Positions 48,130 to 62,926 of a stretch of DNA of 64,000 nt are shown in pieces; position 1 is the stretch's first letter; the number at the start of each line of letters is the position of its first letter. The stretch comes from Blasia pusilla. Its lineage: Eukaryota. Position numbers and translations under genes: made by a program. The notes under the pieces are model-generated. The model was not told the origin of the DNA and did not search any database. It worked only from the letters and a program-made list of their open reading frames with translations. Where the stretch lies: assembly GCA_050084515.1 (NCBI GenBank), contig CM114271.1, positions 18,848,001-18,912,000 on the forward strand. Direction: 5' to 3'.

Positions 48130-50980
48130 AGATCAGCCCCAGACATTCATGCTTGCTATGGAAGCTAAAATTTCCTCTCTTCATGAAAATAAAACCTGGA
48201 TCCGCGTACCCAATCCTAAAGAGCTTAAGTCATCCACACATACTAACAACATAGTCTCTTGTAAATGTGTATTCAAGATCAAATGGTCTTCTTTAGAAAG
48301 AAGGAATTGATTACAAATAAACATATTCTCCTCTCATACATATCATTTCTCTCACCACGGTTCTTTCCATTGTTGTTGTTTGCAACGTTGAATTACATCA
48401 AATGGACACCAAACTGCTTTTCTTCAGGGTGGTCTACAAGAAATCATATACAGGCATGAGCCTCTAGGTTTTGAGGTAACTGATCAAGGTCCAACTGGTA
48501 TGTCTTTTGTGTCTGTGGCTCTTTATGGAATAAAGCAATCCTCCTCAGCTTGGGATCAAAAGATGGATGGATACTCAACCAGTGCACGTTTTCTCAAAAG
48601 TACTCGTGATCCTTTTTTGTATCACAAATAGTCTTCTACATATCAATTACTCATAGTTGCTATATATGTAGATGGTCTTGCTATTCTAGCAGATAATCTC
48701 ATTCAGCTACAACAATTCAAAACTCATGTTCAATCTAAATTTAAAATGATTGATATGGGAGAGCTTCATTACTTGTTAGGGCTTCAGGTGGTAAGAGACC
48801 GGGCATGTCACAAGATTTCTTTGCATCAACAAAGATATATATGTGAACAACTTGTACAATTAAGTATGGTAGATTGTCATACAGTCTCTACCCCTTCTGT
48901 GCCTGGGACAACAATGTCCAAGTCCACATCTGCTCCTACTAGTGATGATCTTGCTCATTTTCAGCAATATCCACATGCCAGATAGTTGGAAGTCTTATGT
49001 ATGCTTCAACCATGACTTGCCTTGACATCTCTTTCAGTGTGGGCCAGTTATGTAAATACATGTCCAACTATTCCATTGAGCATTGCCAAGTTGCAATGCA
49101 TGTGCTCAGGTATTTGAAGGGAACTTCCAATACGGGCTAGATCTTTGATGGTTCCACCCATGATTTTGCTCTTCAGGGTTTGTTCTTTTCATGGCAGGAG
49201 GTGCCGTACATTGGGCCTCGAGGAAGCAGACAATCAGTACACAGTCTACTACAGAAGAAGAATATGTAGCCCTCAATGCGGCTACCAAAGAATACTTTGG
49301 ATTCAACATTTACTTGTTGAGATTGGTTTTCCACAACTAACTCCAACAATTTTCTCTATGAAGACAATCAATCTGCAATTCAACTATTAAATCATTTTTG
49401 CTCAAATTCCAAAATCCGACATTTGGAGCTAAAATTATTCTTTATATCTGAACACATTCAACAAAAAAGTATTCGTCTATAGGAATATAGATCCTCAATT
49501 CAAGCTGTTGATGTTTAACTAAAACTCTATCTAAAGACCAACATTATTCTTTACTCCCAATATCAGGATGTAGGAAATATAACTAAGTGGGAGATACGAC
49601 ACTTTTTAAGTAGAAAATTGCATGTTTTTCCAACCAGATCATCCTAGCTTAGTGGGAGTGTTAGATAAATACATTTTAGATAAAGGTATCACGATTAAAA
49701 CCATTCAGTCCTAAAGGAGCTATCTATTGCTGGTACTCTTACTGGTCCTTCATCTAACTAAGACACTTGGCCACTTGACTAAAAGATCCACTTGGCCACT
49801 TGGCAGTGTATCTCACGTCCTACCTTTAGTGGTTCCCCACCTAGTCACTTGGCCACTTGGCTAAAAGAGAGAAGAGAGATACTGTACTCATTAAGTAGTG
49901 TCTGTCATAGCCTTGCGACTATAGACCCCCCGCCCTAGTTGGACAGTGCTTGAGATAGGATGGGTGTAGAGAGCATGGTTGCACAAAAATGGGCAAGTCC
50001 TTCCTTAGGACGGACATGGACGGACAAGTCTGGACATGGGTTCCAAGAGGTGGGACCTACACTTTTAGTCCATGATGGAAGGCAAGGGAATGATGAGAGG
50101 AGCAATGAGGGAGGAGGGAGTGGAGGTGGAGGGAGGTAAAAAATGGGGAAGTATGGAACACAAAGGCAAGTAAGGGGTATGAGAAAGAAGGGAAAGGCGG
50201 GGCCCATACGGACAAGTCCTTCCATAGGACGGACATAAGTCCACGGACACGGACTTTGTCCACATGTAACCTTGGTAGAGAGAGGAACAAGTGAAGAAGA
50301 TACCATATGAGAGGAGGGAGACACTCTGATATAGTGTGAGTGTTGACCAAACAACGTGTTGGTGCAAAGCTTCCACGTGTCAACCAAGAAACGCTTCACC
50401 ACACCATCTGCTTTACCTCATTGGGATCCCCAATAGACATTACTGACTAGTGCATCAGCTTTGGCAAATGAATCAAGGCTACCTATTATGTTGAACAATT
50501 CTGGTGTTACTAGCTTAGCAATATCAACATACGCTCATGGCTCTATGTGTTGTGAATTTTGCGCAGGAGACCAAGTAATGAAAAGTCTTTCAGAGAGAGA
50601 GAGACTGTACTCATTAAGCAGTGCCTATCGTAGCCTTGCGACCATAGACCTTGCACCCTGGTTGGACGGTGCTTGAGACTAGGATGGGTGTAGATAGAGG
50701 AGCAAGTGAAGAAGGTACCATATGAGAGGAGGGAGACACTCTCATATAGTGTGAGTGTTGACCAAACAATATGTTCGTGCGGAACTTCTAGGAGTCAACC
50801 AATAATCTAGTTCACTTGATTGGGATCCCCAATAGACATTACTTACCAATGCAACAGCTTTGGGCAATGAATCAAGGCTACTGAATGTGTTGAAAAAATT
50901 TGGTGTTACCAACTTAGCAATATCAACATATGCTCATGGCTCTATGTGTTATGAATTTTGTGCATGAGACCAAGTAAGGA
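48130..50980 (+). mobile_element. Old copia RT-RH relic; PPT at 49651-49658, LTR-like region from 49659 with a ~390-bp tandem duplication (right end uncertain)
   Basis: AMEAKISSLHENKTW, CKCVFKIK, IYVDGL, MIDMGELHYLLGLQV; AGTGGGAG|TGTTAGA; 49866-50578 duplicated at 50593-50978. Confidence 0.75.
49974..50274. mobile_element. hAT-type MITE with a perfect 8-bp TSD
   Basis: CATGGTTGCAC...ATGTAACCTTG flanked by GTAGAGAG at 49966-49973 and 50275-50282; empty site in the duplicate at ~50690. Confidence 0.92.
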
Positions 50981-51494
50981 CTAGAGGTTTGATCCCCATC
51001 ATCACACAAGGCGCAAGAGTTTAGTTGTGTTCCCATCCTGCTTTTCTTATGGTTTGAGAGGATTATCCCCGTCCTATACTTGAACTTGATTTGAGTTCCC
51101 AAGCAAGGGGTTCCCCACAGATAGTTCTTCAGTTCTACCTTCTCCGGATATACTTCAAGAGAGAGAGGTCACACATTTTCATGGCTTCCTATGTGTTGTT
51201 CTCTTGTGAGCGATTGCACATTGCTTTGGTAATGGTATCCACAAATGATTTCTCATCTTGCTCCCACAATTCAGGCCCTATTGGGAGCTCGGTTGCTTGC
51301 ACAATCTCTTGAGCTTTTTTCTTCCAAGATTTAGCCTACTTTACGGGTCTTCTTTGCGTCCAAGTTTTCCCCATCAGCTCTTTAGGATAGCAATAGGGGT
51401 CCATTTTCTCCAATTGCCTCCGCCATTTCAACTTGGAAATGTCACATCTACTCCAGCGGTTCCACTCTTCTCATCTCACACCAACTCTAGCTGA

Positions 51495-51678
<184 letters not shown>

Positions 51679-52289
51679 CATTTTTGAATCTAAGAGCTGC
51701 ACTTCATTCTAGTGCGTGTGCACCACCGAAGGTGAGTGTAGAGGAGATGAAAAGGTACAACACAGAATGGTTAGAAATTATCCTTCCAATGAATTAATTA
51801 TAAGCATGAGAGGTGAGGAGAGCTGGTAGTAACTTACAATGTGAACAGGGATTGCAGCGTCCAAGCATGACGATGCTACTTGGAATATGGAACCTATAGC
51901 AGAATACACAATTGCACAAAATAAGAAAAACTCTTCTCAAACTTTAAAACACAATAATCCAACTAGAGAGATGCTATTGACTCACCATATTTGTAGCAAA
52001 GAATGTGACTGGTATTTTTTATCTAAAAGTTTTCACCGAACTGCCATTCATGCAAGCTAAAACTGAAAATCCACACCTTCACTCAACCCAAAAATGCATC
52101 ACTCATCTAGTGTCCCAACATTGTCTCACACTCCTATAGTATATGTTCTAGCAGCATTGATCACAAAAACATCACGCACGGACCCACAGGGCTTGGAGGA
52201 CTTAGCTCAAATTTCCCAAATTTCCACTAGTTAGGTGAGTAAGGACGCGAAGGGCTTGGAGCATGTATTATTTATCTAATAATTATGAT

Positions 52290-52533
52290 AATAAAAAGTG
52301 CCACATCAACATGTCTACATGTCAAACATTTCATGACTCAAAGTGAGACATTTCTGATTTTCAAATTCTTATGACTCGTGAGTCATACTGTGTCAATAGC
52401 TTGTGACTCACTATGACTACAAATCCACATGAAGACTAAGTGAGTCATTTTTTGTTTATGAGTCATCATCTAGTCACGTAAATGTATAAGACAAGCAAGC
52501 TTGTGTCATAGAAATGTTGTTTATCTTCTAGTG
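52290..52533. mobile_element. Candidate CACTA terminus
   Basis: Ends TTCTAGTG and is preceded by multiple TGACTC/GAGTCA subterminal motifs in both orientations; partner end not found. Confidence 0.55.
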
Positions 52534-52704
52534 CAGGCAGGCACTCGGTTTGACATGTCTATCCCATGGACAAACTTATCTCTTTTCATACAACATTTCC
52601 TTTGCGTGTAGGTATATTCCAAAACCCAAAACTAGATGGTGGGGAGGGAGAAGTACGTGGATTTCCACCTAGATTGGAACCAATCAAGAGATGCCACATG
52701 ACAC

Positions 52705-53915
52705 CAAGTTGCACAAAAATGGTCAAGCCTAGATATGTCCACGGCTGCTTGGGTACATGCGGCCCGCCCTTGAGCCTCTTGAGCACATAGTGTAGACCTA
52801 GGATGACCAAGCCCACACTGGTTTTGTGATCCACGCTATTCCGACCCTCATAACCAAACAAACGCTTAGCATAACATTAGAACTTTAGCGCAGAGATAAA
52901 ATGCGTGAATAGAGTTTATGCATTTCATGCGTTTATGGTCGCAAATAGGAAATCTCGACCAAACATGAACCAAGACTTGAGATGAGTCGAGCCCAAGAAG
53001 GTTGGTTGCCAAAGACGTGAGAACCTGATTTGGAACTCGACTAGCGTTTGAGATTTTGATTGTGTTTCACACCGTAACTTTTAGTCTCAAGATTTTTTTG
53101 GAGAAAATTAAGGTGTTGTTGGAAAGCTTCTGCAAAGCCAATTTCAGCGCACTAATGATCTTAGCAAACGCATAAGGAAACGCTTAGATATTGGCTGAAA
53201 ATTACAATCTTGGGAGTTGGGTTGAGGGCCAAAATGAGGGGCCTGACTGTCTTTTCCCTAAAGCTAGGGGAAGGGCGGTGATCCCTAGAAGTACTAGAAA
53301 GGGTGAGTGTCTCCAAGGATGCTTGGGACCCAAACCCCACCTTGGCACACCAAAGGGCGGCTCAAAGGCATAGAATGGAACGGGAGTCTCGTGGTGGGAC
53401 TCAAAACCCAAATCTGATCCAAGGGAGTGGATTTCGAAAGCCACACTTGGATTCCAACCCGCAACTCATTTTAGTGAGTCAAGGTTAGGGGCTTATTGAA
53501 GGTCCATCGGACAACTACGACCGCTAGGCATGCAAACGCCATTTGAGGTTCTTAAACCGACCACAAAGTCTATCCCAAGTCTTGAGAGACTCACCTATGT
53601 TGTAAAGCGAGAAACTAAGAAGGTTGAGTTTGATGTGAGGCTGAGTCAAGGGCTCAGTAAGTTAGAGCGTTGATTGACCCACACCCGACTAACGTAAGAG
53701 CATGTTTGGGTGCAGATCAGGAATGAGAGTGTGTCTTACTGAACGCAAGCTTCCAAGACACTAAATATTTACGTTCAAGGAGAGTAGGCCCATAACACAT
53801 GCGCAATCCGCACCAAGCTTGGCTAAGGGGTGGGCTCGAATGTAGGTCGTGGATACATGGGTTCGCACCAACATGGGCATGTCTAGGGACACGGGTTTGT
53901 CCATGTGCAACCTTG
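52705..53915. mobile_element. Longer non-autonomous hAT element; a further right TIR ends at 54318
   Basis: CAAGTTGCAC...GTGCAACCTTG; flanks CATGACAC/CGTGGCAG (5 of 8 match). Confidence 0.6.
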
Positions 53916-56900
53916 CGTGGCAGTGGGGGGTTTGCCAAGACACAAGCCAAATGTGATCTATCATCCAAGTACCGGATGTATTGGTGAATCCCAAACGACC
54001 GTAAGGGATCTTGGAATTTGAAGAGAGAAAGCAAGGCTTTGGATCCCTGCGGGCCATTAGCGAGTTGGAGATTGCCAATGGTGACAATCCGACACGGAAG
54101 GGAAAGCTGGTTCCAACATGGGGTCACTCGTCTCAACACAAGCTACAAATCAGGTCCCAAACATGGGCATCGGGTTGTTCAGCCGAGATGTGGACTCGCC
54201 GAGCTTGGGTGTACTATGTGGGCAAGGTAGGCTTTGGGCACCCGACCGTGTACGAACATATCCGTCGTTGGTAAGGTCATAAGTCCGCGGGCACAAACTT
54301 TGTCCGCATGCAACCTTGGTCCTTTAATATGATGAGAAAGAATGAAAAGAAACTAACGATATCAATCACACTATTTTTTATGATAGCTCTTTTTGAAAAG
54401 CTGCGTATGAATGGCACGCATGAAGCATGTCAAATCACTTGAATTTCTTTTCAATTTTCCCTTATACTAAGCATAAATTACTAAAAAGGGTTTTAGTAAT
54501 TGTGTTAAATTATTTATTCATTTCTTGGATCAAAATGAGGAGGGAGAATTGAAGAATGATAGGACAAGAATTGTTGTTGGGAACATGAGAGTGATTTTAT
54601 TTTTGAAAGGGAGATATAGGAGTTGGAAAAGGGGAATTTCCTTTTTCCCAAATCAATGAGGATTTTTATGTAATGTTCCTAAGATATCCTCCTATTCCTT
54701 TTTCACCCTTTTAAAAAATAATTTATTGATTCAAAGTTTTAGGCATAAAGAAGGTTAAAATTTTTAATTTCCAAGTTTGGTTCCAAGGGAAAGCCAAATA
54801 ATCTTTCAGGAAATAAAACAGGAAAGAAAATAATATAATAATGTGAAAATAATTACCTTTGGAACTTTGTAATGGTAGGGTAAGTGTTAAAGAATTGGGA
54901 AACACCGGGATTTGAAAAATATCACACGAACTAACGTCGACAAATTATCATTTTTTCGAAGGCGGCTCCGTCTGGCAAGAAAGTTCAAATTAAAGAGAAT
55001 GATTTTGTTTTCTTAATTGAGAGGGGTTGGCAAAGGAAAGGATAGCTTTTTTTTTTTCTCGGATTTATAACAAAGAAGATCTTTAGGGGATGAATATTTT
55101 TTAAAATCTAAATTAGAGTTTCATTACCATTAATATTCAACGGAATATAAATAATCAAATTTTTGCAGGTTAAACTCTACATGTTCAATTATGATTCTTC
55201 ACATGTGAGGCCTCACATTAGAATTCTCCATTTGTCAATGACGACGTAAATTTTTATTTTTTTCATTGGGTCTTTGTTCATTTTGAGGTAGATGACCTAC
55301 ATAAAAGCATGAGTAAGGAAGGGAAAAGGTATCATTATGCAGGAAAAGGTTTCAACTCGAGTTTAGAATCTGCCATGGTGCAGATTGGCTACACAAGTGG
55401 TCCATGATGGAATCCATGCATTGAAAAGTACTTTGATTTTCCTTAGAAGGCTCAAGAAATATCTACACTCATACTTCACATTTCGCATTGTAGTTGAGGA
55501 TCATCCTTCCTACATGTGCATATTGTAGGTAAGCCCACAATATGCACATGTCAAAGCAATGGAGGCTCAAGAAAAGGTGCGTCGATCGTCTACACTCGCT
55601 GCCAGCTTTTCCCGCTTGAGCTATGGTATTGATCCATAACTGAAACGGGGTATATGGTCGACTGTAGGAACTGCATATGGTCCACTTTTTCACACTTTCC
55701 ATCAACCTCACCAATCCCAACCAACAACTTCACAAGAGAAAGGGATTGATCTACACTCGCTCTAACCTTTGGAAAAGTGTTGTCCTTCAATGCGACCAAA
55801 CCCATCCACATCACTCTCTCTCTCTCAACTTTTGACGTTTCCTCATTTCCACGAGATACTTGAAGTGATGGTTCCGGTAATTAAAGTGCATAGCTGAGGA
55901 GTCGATTCCAAGTCCACGAGAAGCAAGGATCCATCCACACCAATTCTCACCTTTTCACCGTTTGTACCGTGTGGTGTGTGTCATGCTTCCAAGTCCACGG
56001 GAGACCACTAACTCTTCGTGGCCAACTCCATGCGGATCCAGACACGTCGTCTAGTAGTCATAAGGTAGACAGCATATGTGAGCAGCAATAATGCTATCCA
56101 ACGACTAAATTCTTATTTTGCTCTCAGACAGTAGTGACAGGAACAACCGTAGGCGAGTTGTGAGTTTCAAAGTCATCCAGTACTCACAGACGCCCGAACT
56201 GCAGTGGACATAAGTTTTCACTATTTTGGGGACACTGGTTTCTGCAGGACTCTTCACGAGAACCGCGAACTTTCTGTTCACCATCCGATTGTGGACGGTT
56301 TTCGTTTTCTCTTCCGCCAAGTCCGATAGCGTTTGTTAATAGTGGTTTTTGTCAACTTGGGAACGCCGCCTTTCATGCAAGAGCTTTAAAGTCGTATATG
56401 CACAGCAGAAACGTGAGCGGATTTTAGATGCTGAATCTCGGGTCTTCATGAGTTTGGATCTGCGTACGTGTGGTGGAGACAGAGTGTCGGAGAAAGGGTC
56501 AATTGTTAGATTGCTGCATACGGAGTAGTTCGAAATGATGTGTCCTCACTCAGTGCCCACAGAGCACAGAGGCAAACAATGCCGGTGGATTTGACTTGTC
56601 GTTTGGCCATACATTGTGGTGAAAGTGTGTGTGCATTTCCCTTGTGATCTCCAGAGAGGAGCGCTAGATTTGGTGCCTGCACGCGAACTGCTTATTCTAT
56701 TTGTCGGTGGCTCTAATTATGGTTGGTTTCGAGAACGAGGAAGAAGTGAGTTCTTATCACCGATTTGTGAACTGGAGACGAGGACTTCTTGAGGTGAGGT
56801 GAGGTGGGAAGTTGTTAATCCTGCGTGAGACAAATTCAGGTGGACTTCACAGGCTCTCAGGAGGAGAGAAGGCACTGTCTGGTTTTGGGCCAGTGAGGAG

Positions 56901-57637
56901 ATGGCAGTAGAGGTGAGAACAGAGAACACACAAAACTCTGGGCACCTTTGCAAAATCAAGGCTCAGGGAAGAGCCCAATGCAACTGACGCATCCAAGAAT
57001 ATGATGTGAGTTCGTTCAACTATTTTCACGTGCTTCCATCGCCGTTGGGACAGAGAGCAAATGCCCACAAAGCATTGAGTGAAGGATAGGAGAGAAGAGT
57101 CTTAAGAGCCAAGAACAGTCTCAGGAGGGTGTAGTTAAAGATGGGAATGGAGTGGAAATGATCAATCGCATGAAATTCAGTTCAGCTTTGTTCAAATAAG
57201 AGCTCTGCAGTAGATATGATCGTTGCTGCACCGTGGCCATCATGGGTTGTGGCGTCGGCGCAGCAAAAAATTTGAAGTCATAAGAGACTATTTCAACAGG
57301 ACAAATTGGGAGTGAGAGCAGATGGTGGTCACTGGAGTTGCCCAGCAAAGCACCCACCCAAGCTTCCACGTAATACACTTTACACGCCCAAAGTTTGCAC
57401 AATGGGCAAATATCAAGGGCTTCTAAAGGGGTGCTCATGAACCCCGAGATCCCTCAAAATTTCTGTATCACATCATCAGTATAACCGCCACCACAGATAC
57501 GTGTTCCTTCCCTAAACAACACTCTCAAGTCTACCTTCAGAATCCTACTTATTTTCCACAACAATGATCACCGATCCCTGTACGTCCACACCGTGCTAGC
57601 AACAGGTAGATAACCTTGAGCGAGTGCGTTTGTGTCC

Positions 57638-60600
57638 TCACAGACGCGATATTTGAAGAGGAGTGTAGTCTGACTGCTCCTCGGCCATGACGGGCTGCTG
57701 GAACAGCTCCAAGTCTCGATTTTGCTCGAAAAACCGTCTACAACACTCCTCTGCTGCCATCACTCCAGTCGCGAAAGCTCCATGCACGGTACCGGGGAAT
57801 CTTTGACTCGTGGCCTCACCTGCCCAGAAAAGGTTGTCCACAGGAGTACGCAGTCGCTCATAGAGATCATGAGGCTTTCCAACAGCATCGTAGCTGTAAC
57901 AGCCTAACGAGCTAGGATCCGTGCCCCAATGTGAGACTAGGTAATGAATCTGCAAACCACGGTCACCCACGTTCCAAAGGCGGTCAGCATCGGATTGTTG
58001 ACTTTCCACGTTCTGAGTTGTTATGGTCGGCCTACTACTTCTTCTACTGACGCCATACTTGTGTTCATTTTTTCTTGTTGGAGGGAAACTACTTCTGTGA
58101 AAATACTGCAGTCCGACAAAGCAAAGACCTTTTATGTCGGAGATCTATCCGGAAGAGCCCAATTAAGATATAATGTTGACTTTGACGGTCCCTTTCATTA
58201 TTGCGGTGCATTTGAGAAAATTATCTGCACACCCATCTTTTTACTCACTATTTTCACTCGAATGGTCCTTGCCTTGTTCTTCACAACCCCTCGCTTCAAA
58301 GATGCGCCACATATGGAATGTATGTAAGAGATGTCTTGGATAGTCTACAAATATGCAACTTGGAGAATAGTTAACTGCAGCACACGTCTTAAGCCGTCAA
58401 GAAGGATCCCTTTCGAAGGAGCTTTCACGAGTCTTTCACTAGAGAGCGACTCGCAAAACAGTTCGGTTGTGAAGGTGTGAAAGGCTCGAAAGAATCTCTC
58501 CAGAGAAGCCTTTCCTTCTTTTCCTTTTTTGGAGGGGGGGAAGGGGGAAGAATCCAGACAGGTCGAGACAAGGCGGCTCGTCTTGGAGAAGTGAGTCCGA
58601 TGAGACAACATACCGGTTCGGCTGCGTTGGGAAGTATCCTCTTGAGCTGCATCACAGCGAAGCTAGCAGCTGCTTCATCCGAGAGTTTCTCGATGTCATT
58701 CGCAAGTCGCCCTGCCGGCATATATACAAGGACAGGGTGACCTGTAGCCTTGCGCAGGTTCAAGAAATAACTGCAGCCGTAGGACGTAGGAGCAACGACT
58801 CCTAAGAACTCCACGTTTGGCCAACACACTCTGTCAAAGAACAAAGCGATCTTGTTCTCGTTCCCGAAGCCCAAATCTCGTATGGATGTTTCTTTCCAGT
58901 CTGGGAGTCGCGGCTCGAACCGGATTATGTCAGCTTTGAGAACCCCCAATGGCACAGCCATAACTGCTGCGTCAGCGTCAAAAACGCTTCCGTCCTCCGT
59001 GATAGCTCTTACACCTTGAACCCGTCTCATGACTTTCCGTACCCTGTCCAATACGTACAATATAATACCAGTCAGAACAGAACGAGGGAGAGATAAAAGG
59101 TAATTACTCAATAGTCTGAGTACCACTACTCTTCGTGGGTACAATTGATGTTCGCCACAGAACCGGTGGAAGATACCTTGCACCCAAGTAGCTGACCGTG
59201 GTTTTCTGAACCATTTACCAGGAAGGAAACGGGGTTATTCTAGAAGATTCACCTCGTATTCAGACGGATGTCGAGACCTTCAGATAGAGCAACTATCACA
59301 GGCTCGTAGCCTCTCACCATCAATCCATGACCACCTTGCAGTACTTCTTCCTGGAAAACCGAACCGACATTCTAACATTAGGAATCCTAAGGGTTGGATA
59401 TAGGAAATCCTGCACTAGATAGTTTCCTTCGATTATACTGGCGCAATTTGATTAAGACTCGAGCTTTCTGGTTCCGCAATGCTCGATGATGCAAACGTAG
59501 ATTCTGAGACTGGAAACAACCAACAATAACTCTCATACCTCATCCCAGCTTTGAACCGAGATATTGTCGGCGTCGGCTGCAAACCATCCTTCCATTCTGC
59601 ATAGGTACCACTGCAAAACCTTATGCCGTAGTCCCTCTTGCCTGAAAAAGGATGTGAAAGTTTAGCTTTCAGAGTGAAGAATAATTTTACGTTTCTGGTG
59701 ACACCCAACTCTGATAAATCTGACAAGCCCACAGACAGAAACCACATCTCACCTCAAGTCTGGTCTTCTCTCCAGAACTGCAGAAAAGGCTTTCAACACT
59801 GATATATCAGATGAGATCTCGTCTCGAATTTTCTTCGTCTGTAGGCATCAAATAAGAGACTTGATTAACGCCAACGAAACTAACATGGGACACGAGCTAT
59901 ATTGGGAAAGAATGCAAGTTACTTTTCCAAAAACTCGTTGCAAGCCATTTTCCACGAAACCGTAAGCAACAGAGATCAGAACACAACCCTCCTGACATTA
60001 TGTCACTAACGAGCGAATGATTTTTTGGTACAATTTCAAACGCTGCCCTATTATATCTCTTCTGAATTAGTAATTGGAGGTTGCATGCTGACACGCAACA
60101 GTGCGCGGGGGCACGGACAGCTCGGACTCGGAGTCATAAGGGGTGGTTGAGTTTGGGAAAATCAACTCACTTCCTCGAGTAGGGCCTCAAACGCTAGTCC
60201 GACTTCGGTGACCAAATGTTGTGGTACTTTATTGCCTTCCATATCAAACAGCGCGTAACTGCATACATGTGTTGCACCAACAAATGAGCACGGGCACAAC
60301 GTGACAAACGAGCTCAGACTAGCCCGATTCACTTCGTGTTCAGGGTCTGACATAGAACAGAAAATGCAGAGACGATCCTGTTGCCGTGAAGCTTCACGAT
60401 ACGCAAGCTTCGGATGAGTCTATCATTTTACCACAAGTGTCGGCGTGTGAACACCCCATCGAGGTAGGGGCCCAGCTCTGCAGCACGAAATCGTGTCCTT
60501 ACAGCGGGAACAGACACGAGCCAGTCATCCGCTATCATCTCACAGCAATCGAAGAGTCTCCGACATCAGATCACAAAAGTCTTCTTCGTTACAGGAGGTT

Positions 60601-62913
60601 TCTACTCTCCGCTCGCTAAGAGTGGAAAGCATTATCTCAAAGCATCACCCGTCACGTTACTCTGGACAGTGCAGCTCAGTTCTGCAATCCCGGATTCTTG
60701 CTATCTGGCAACTGGCCGGCCACAAGGCCACCATCTATCATGAAGCCTCGAGGCTACCGAGAGATCATACCAACCCACCACGGCTTCACTTTTTGGTGAA
60801 ACCTCATGAAGTGGAGAGAGGCCTACATAACATGGAACGACAGGGAATGGCAATCAAACCGAGCTTGAGACGTAACGAGGCGGCAGGAGTATATCAGACG
60901 TGACATTTACCTTTCCAAGTCATGGTCGTACAGAACAGAGTTGTCTCCACTGGTCCGGTAAAGAGGCAATCTTAACCGCCCAACCAATTGTGCCAGCGGA
61001 TTGCTTTTGCAAAGTCCATGCAACCTGCAATGACGCAAGCACTCGTCAGATGGCTCATCGTAGTCTCCTACCTACTGCTGCCCTCTCTAGCCATACCATA
61101 CCGCAAGAAGAATCTTAGTAGATGGGCTTGGGAAATCCATGCGACCGACTCCAGAGTAGGGAAAGGTATACACACAGGTCAACATTAAATTCGACGACAA
61201 CCATGTACTATTATTATTACCTCCGAGTCACCCCGACTTACACCGAGGCATAGGGAAAAACCTACTATTGTTTCAAGCTTGTACGGGACCCGATGGCGAG
61301 TCCTGCAACTGACTGACATCGGCTACGCATCCAGATTTCGTGCAAAATGTGAATCAGTAACTAGCGTTGGAAGCATGGTCTATGGACGCCTAATTCAAGG
61401 ACGCGCGTGGGTCGGTAGAGACTCTGAGAGCATGCACTACCCGTCACAAGGCAAGAACTCACTGATAAGCAGGGTGGTACGGAGCACGACTGACGAAAAG
61501 AGACTCTGTGGGGAATGCTTTAATAATTCAGTCGGAGCTGCTAGAGTATGGGCTAATGACCCTAAGCTGGGTTCGCCAAACGCCGGGCAAACATAGCCGA
61601 CATGCGGGTGTTTCCCAATGTAAACAAGAACTACCATGAAAATCACAAGGAAAGATATCGTGGGTTGACATGCATAGATAAATCGAAGGAAACAATGAAG
61701 ACTTTTCTTTGGCAAGAGACTTCACCATGAGGCACCCATGTCCACAGGGACGCCGAAGGAGTGATCTGTGTAGACGCGACCCCCAACCCGATCCCTCGAC
61801 TCTAATACAACAACCTGCGCCATAACATTCATGTGAAAGGAGTAAATACGCTTTCATCGACTGCGAAGGAGATCAACCGAGTGTCAAACAACCGTACGCG
61901 TGATAACTCAGCACACGTTGTGCATTTCCTGCAGCTTTCTCCAATGCAGGTGGCACGAGAAATACGCGCGGCGATGCCATGAACATTTCTGGAAACTGGT
62001 GAAGCTCAGAATAACTACACGCCTACGAGACACAAGGAGAACTCAGGCGACACGCGTTCGCAAGAACCCTTGCAGACAAGTCTAATAGCAAGACACTCGG
62101 TCCAAACCGAAACTACTCGACCAAGTGAGAGGTCGCACGATTTGAACGCCTGCAACCGAAGCAAGTATCTTTCAAAATCGGGGGCTTACTAATAGCCTCT
62201 AGGAACTTCCGTCATCAATGAGGAGTCGAGCCTCCAGACACAAACTGTAAGACTGCAGACAAATCCAGAAGATAACTCAAATTCCTAGCAAGTGAGATAA
62301 GCGACAAAATTGAGGAGTGGGGACATTCCACGGTACGAAGAGCTCTGAATCTGCGTATCTGACCTTGCAGTTGGCCGCCTGAAGCACGCGAGCTGCCGCC
62401 AGACCTGCCACTCCGGCTCCAATCACGAGCACCGTCGGTTGTTTCGACCGTGCTCCATGTTTCAAGTGACTTGAGGCTGCAAAGAACTCAATCAGTGAGC
62501 CAATGAATACAAAAGCTGCAGCTACGGTATTTCCAATTGGCGGCAAGTCCCTAGAGAACCGGGTAGAATGTTCTCCACAACCAGAAAGTCACCTACGCCA
62601 GCATCGAATGCAGCTTTCTCAAAACCGCATAAACACTAGGCTTCCAAAACTGGGGGGGCAACAGAGAGACTGAACTTGGAAGCGGTCTACTGGGCACCAC
62701 AGACATTGCATTAAGCAAATAAATGCAATATAATTTCGCATCCTGCTGAGCTCGAGGTCTGGTTAGCCTCAGGACCTTCGCTTCTCCAGAAGAAAGAGAC
62801 ACGGCTTGACTTCGGCCAGCCAGCGTTTCGGCAAACAGTGCATAGACCTTAACTCCTGTGCAGGATACCGTTTGGGCTAGAGGATACCTATCCCCCATAC
62901 CAAATGTACGCAT
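57638..62913 (-). CDS. PAO: Polyamine oxidase (flavin amine oxidase, PAO2/3/4 type), ~481 aa, peroxisomal PTS1 SRL; first exon uncertain
   Basis: GT-AG exons with consistent phases: 62913-62901(?), 62476-62364 ([14 protein letters not shown]), 61814-61726 ([10 protein letters not shown]...DMGASW), 61024-60911, 60258-60171, 59838-59753, 59641-59539, 59350-59253, 59043-58614, 57949-57638 (AGEAT...GTVHGA...LQISRL*). Total 1446 nt. Confidence 0.93.
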
Positions 62914-62926
62914 TCTACTGCTCTGA

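Noticed and set aside
54400-57600. Short ORFs downstream of PAO
   Set aside because: No recognisable domains or consistent exon structure; probably 3' UTR or intergenic.
62442-62460. Alternative PAO start ATG GAG CAC requiring a 1-nt frameshift
   Set aside because: An in-frame acceptor with a phase-compatible upstream exon explains the sequence without invoking an error.
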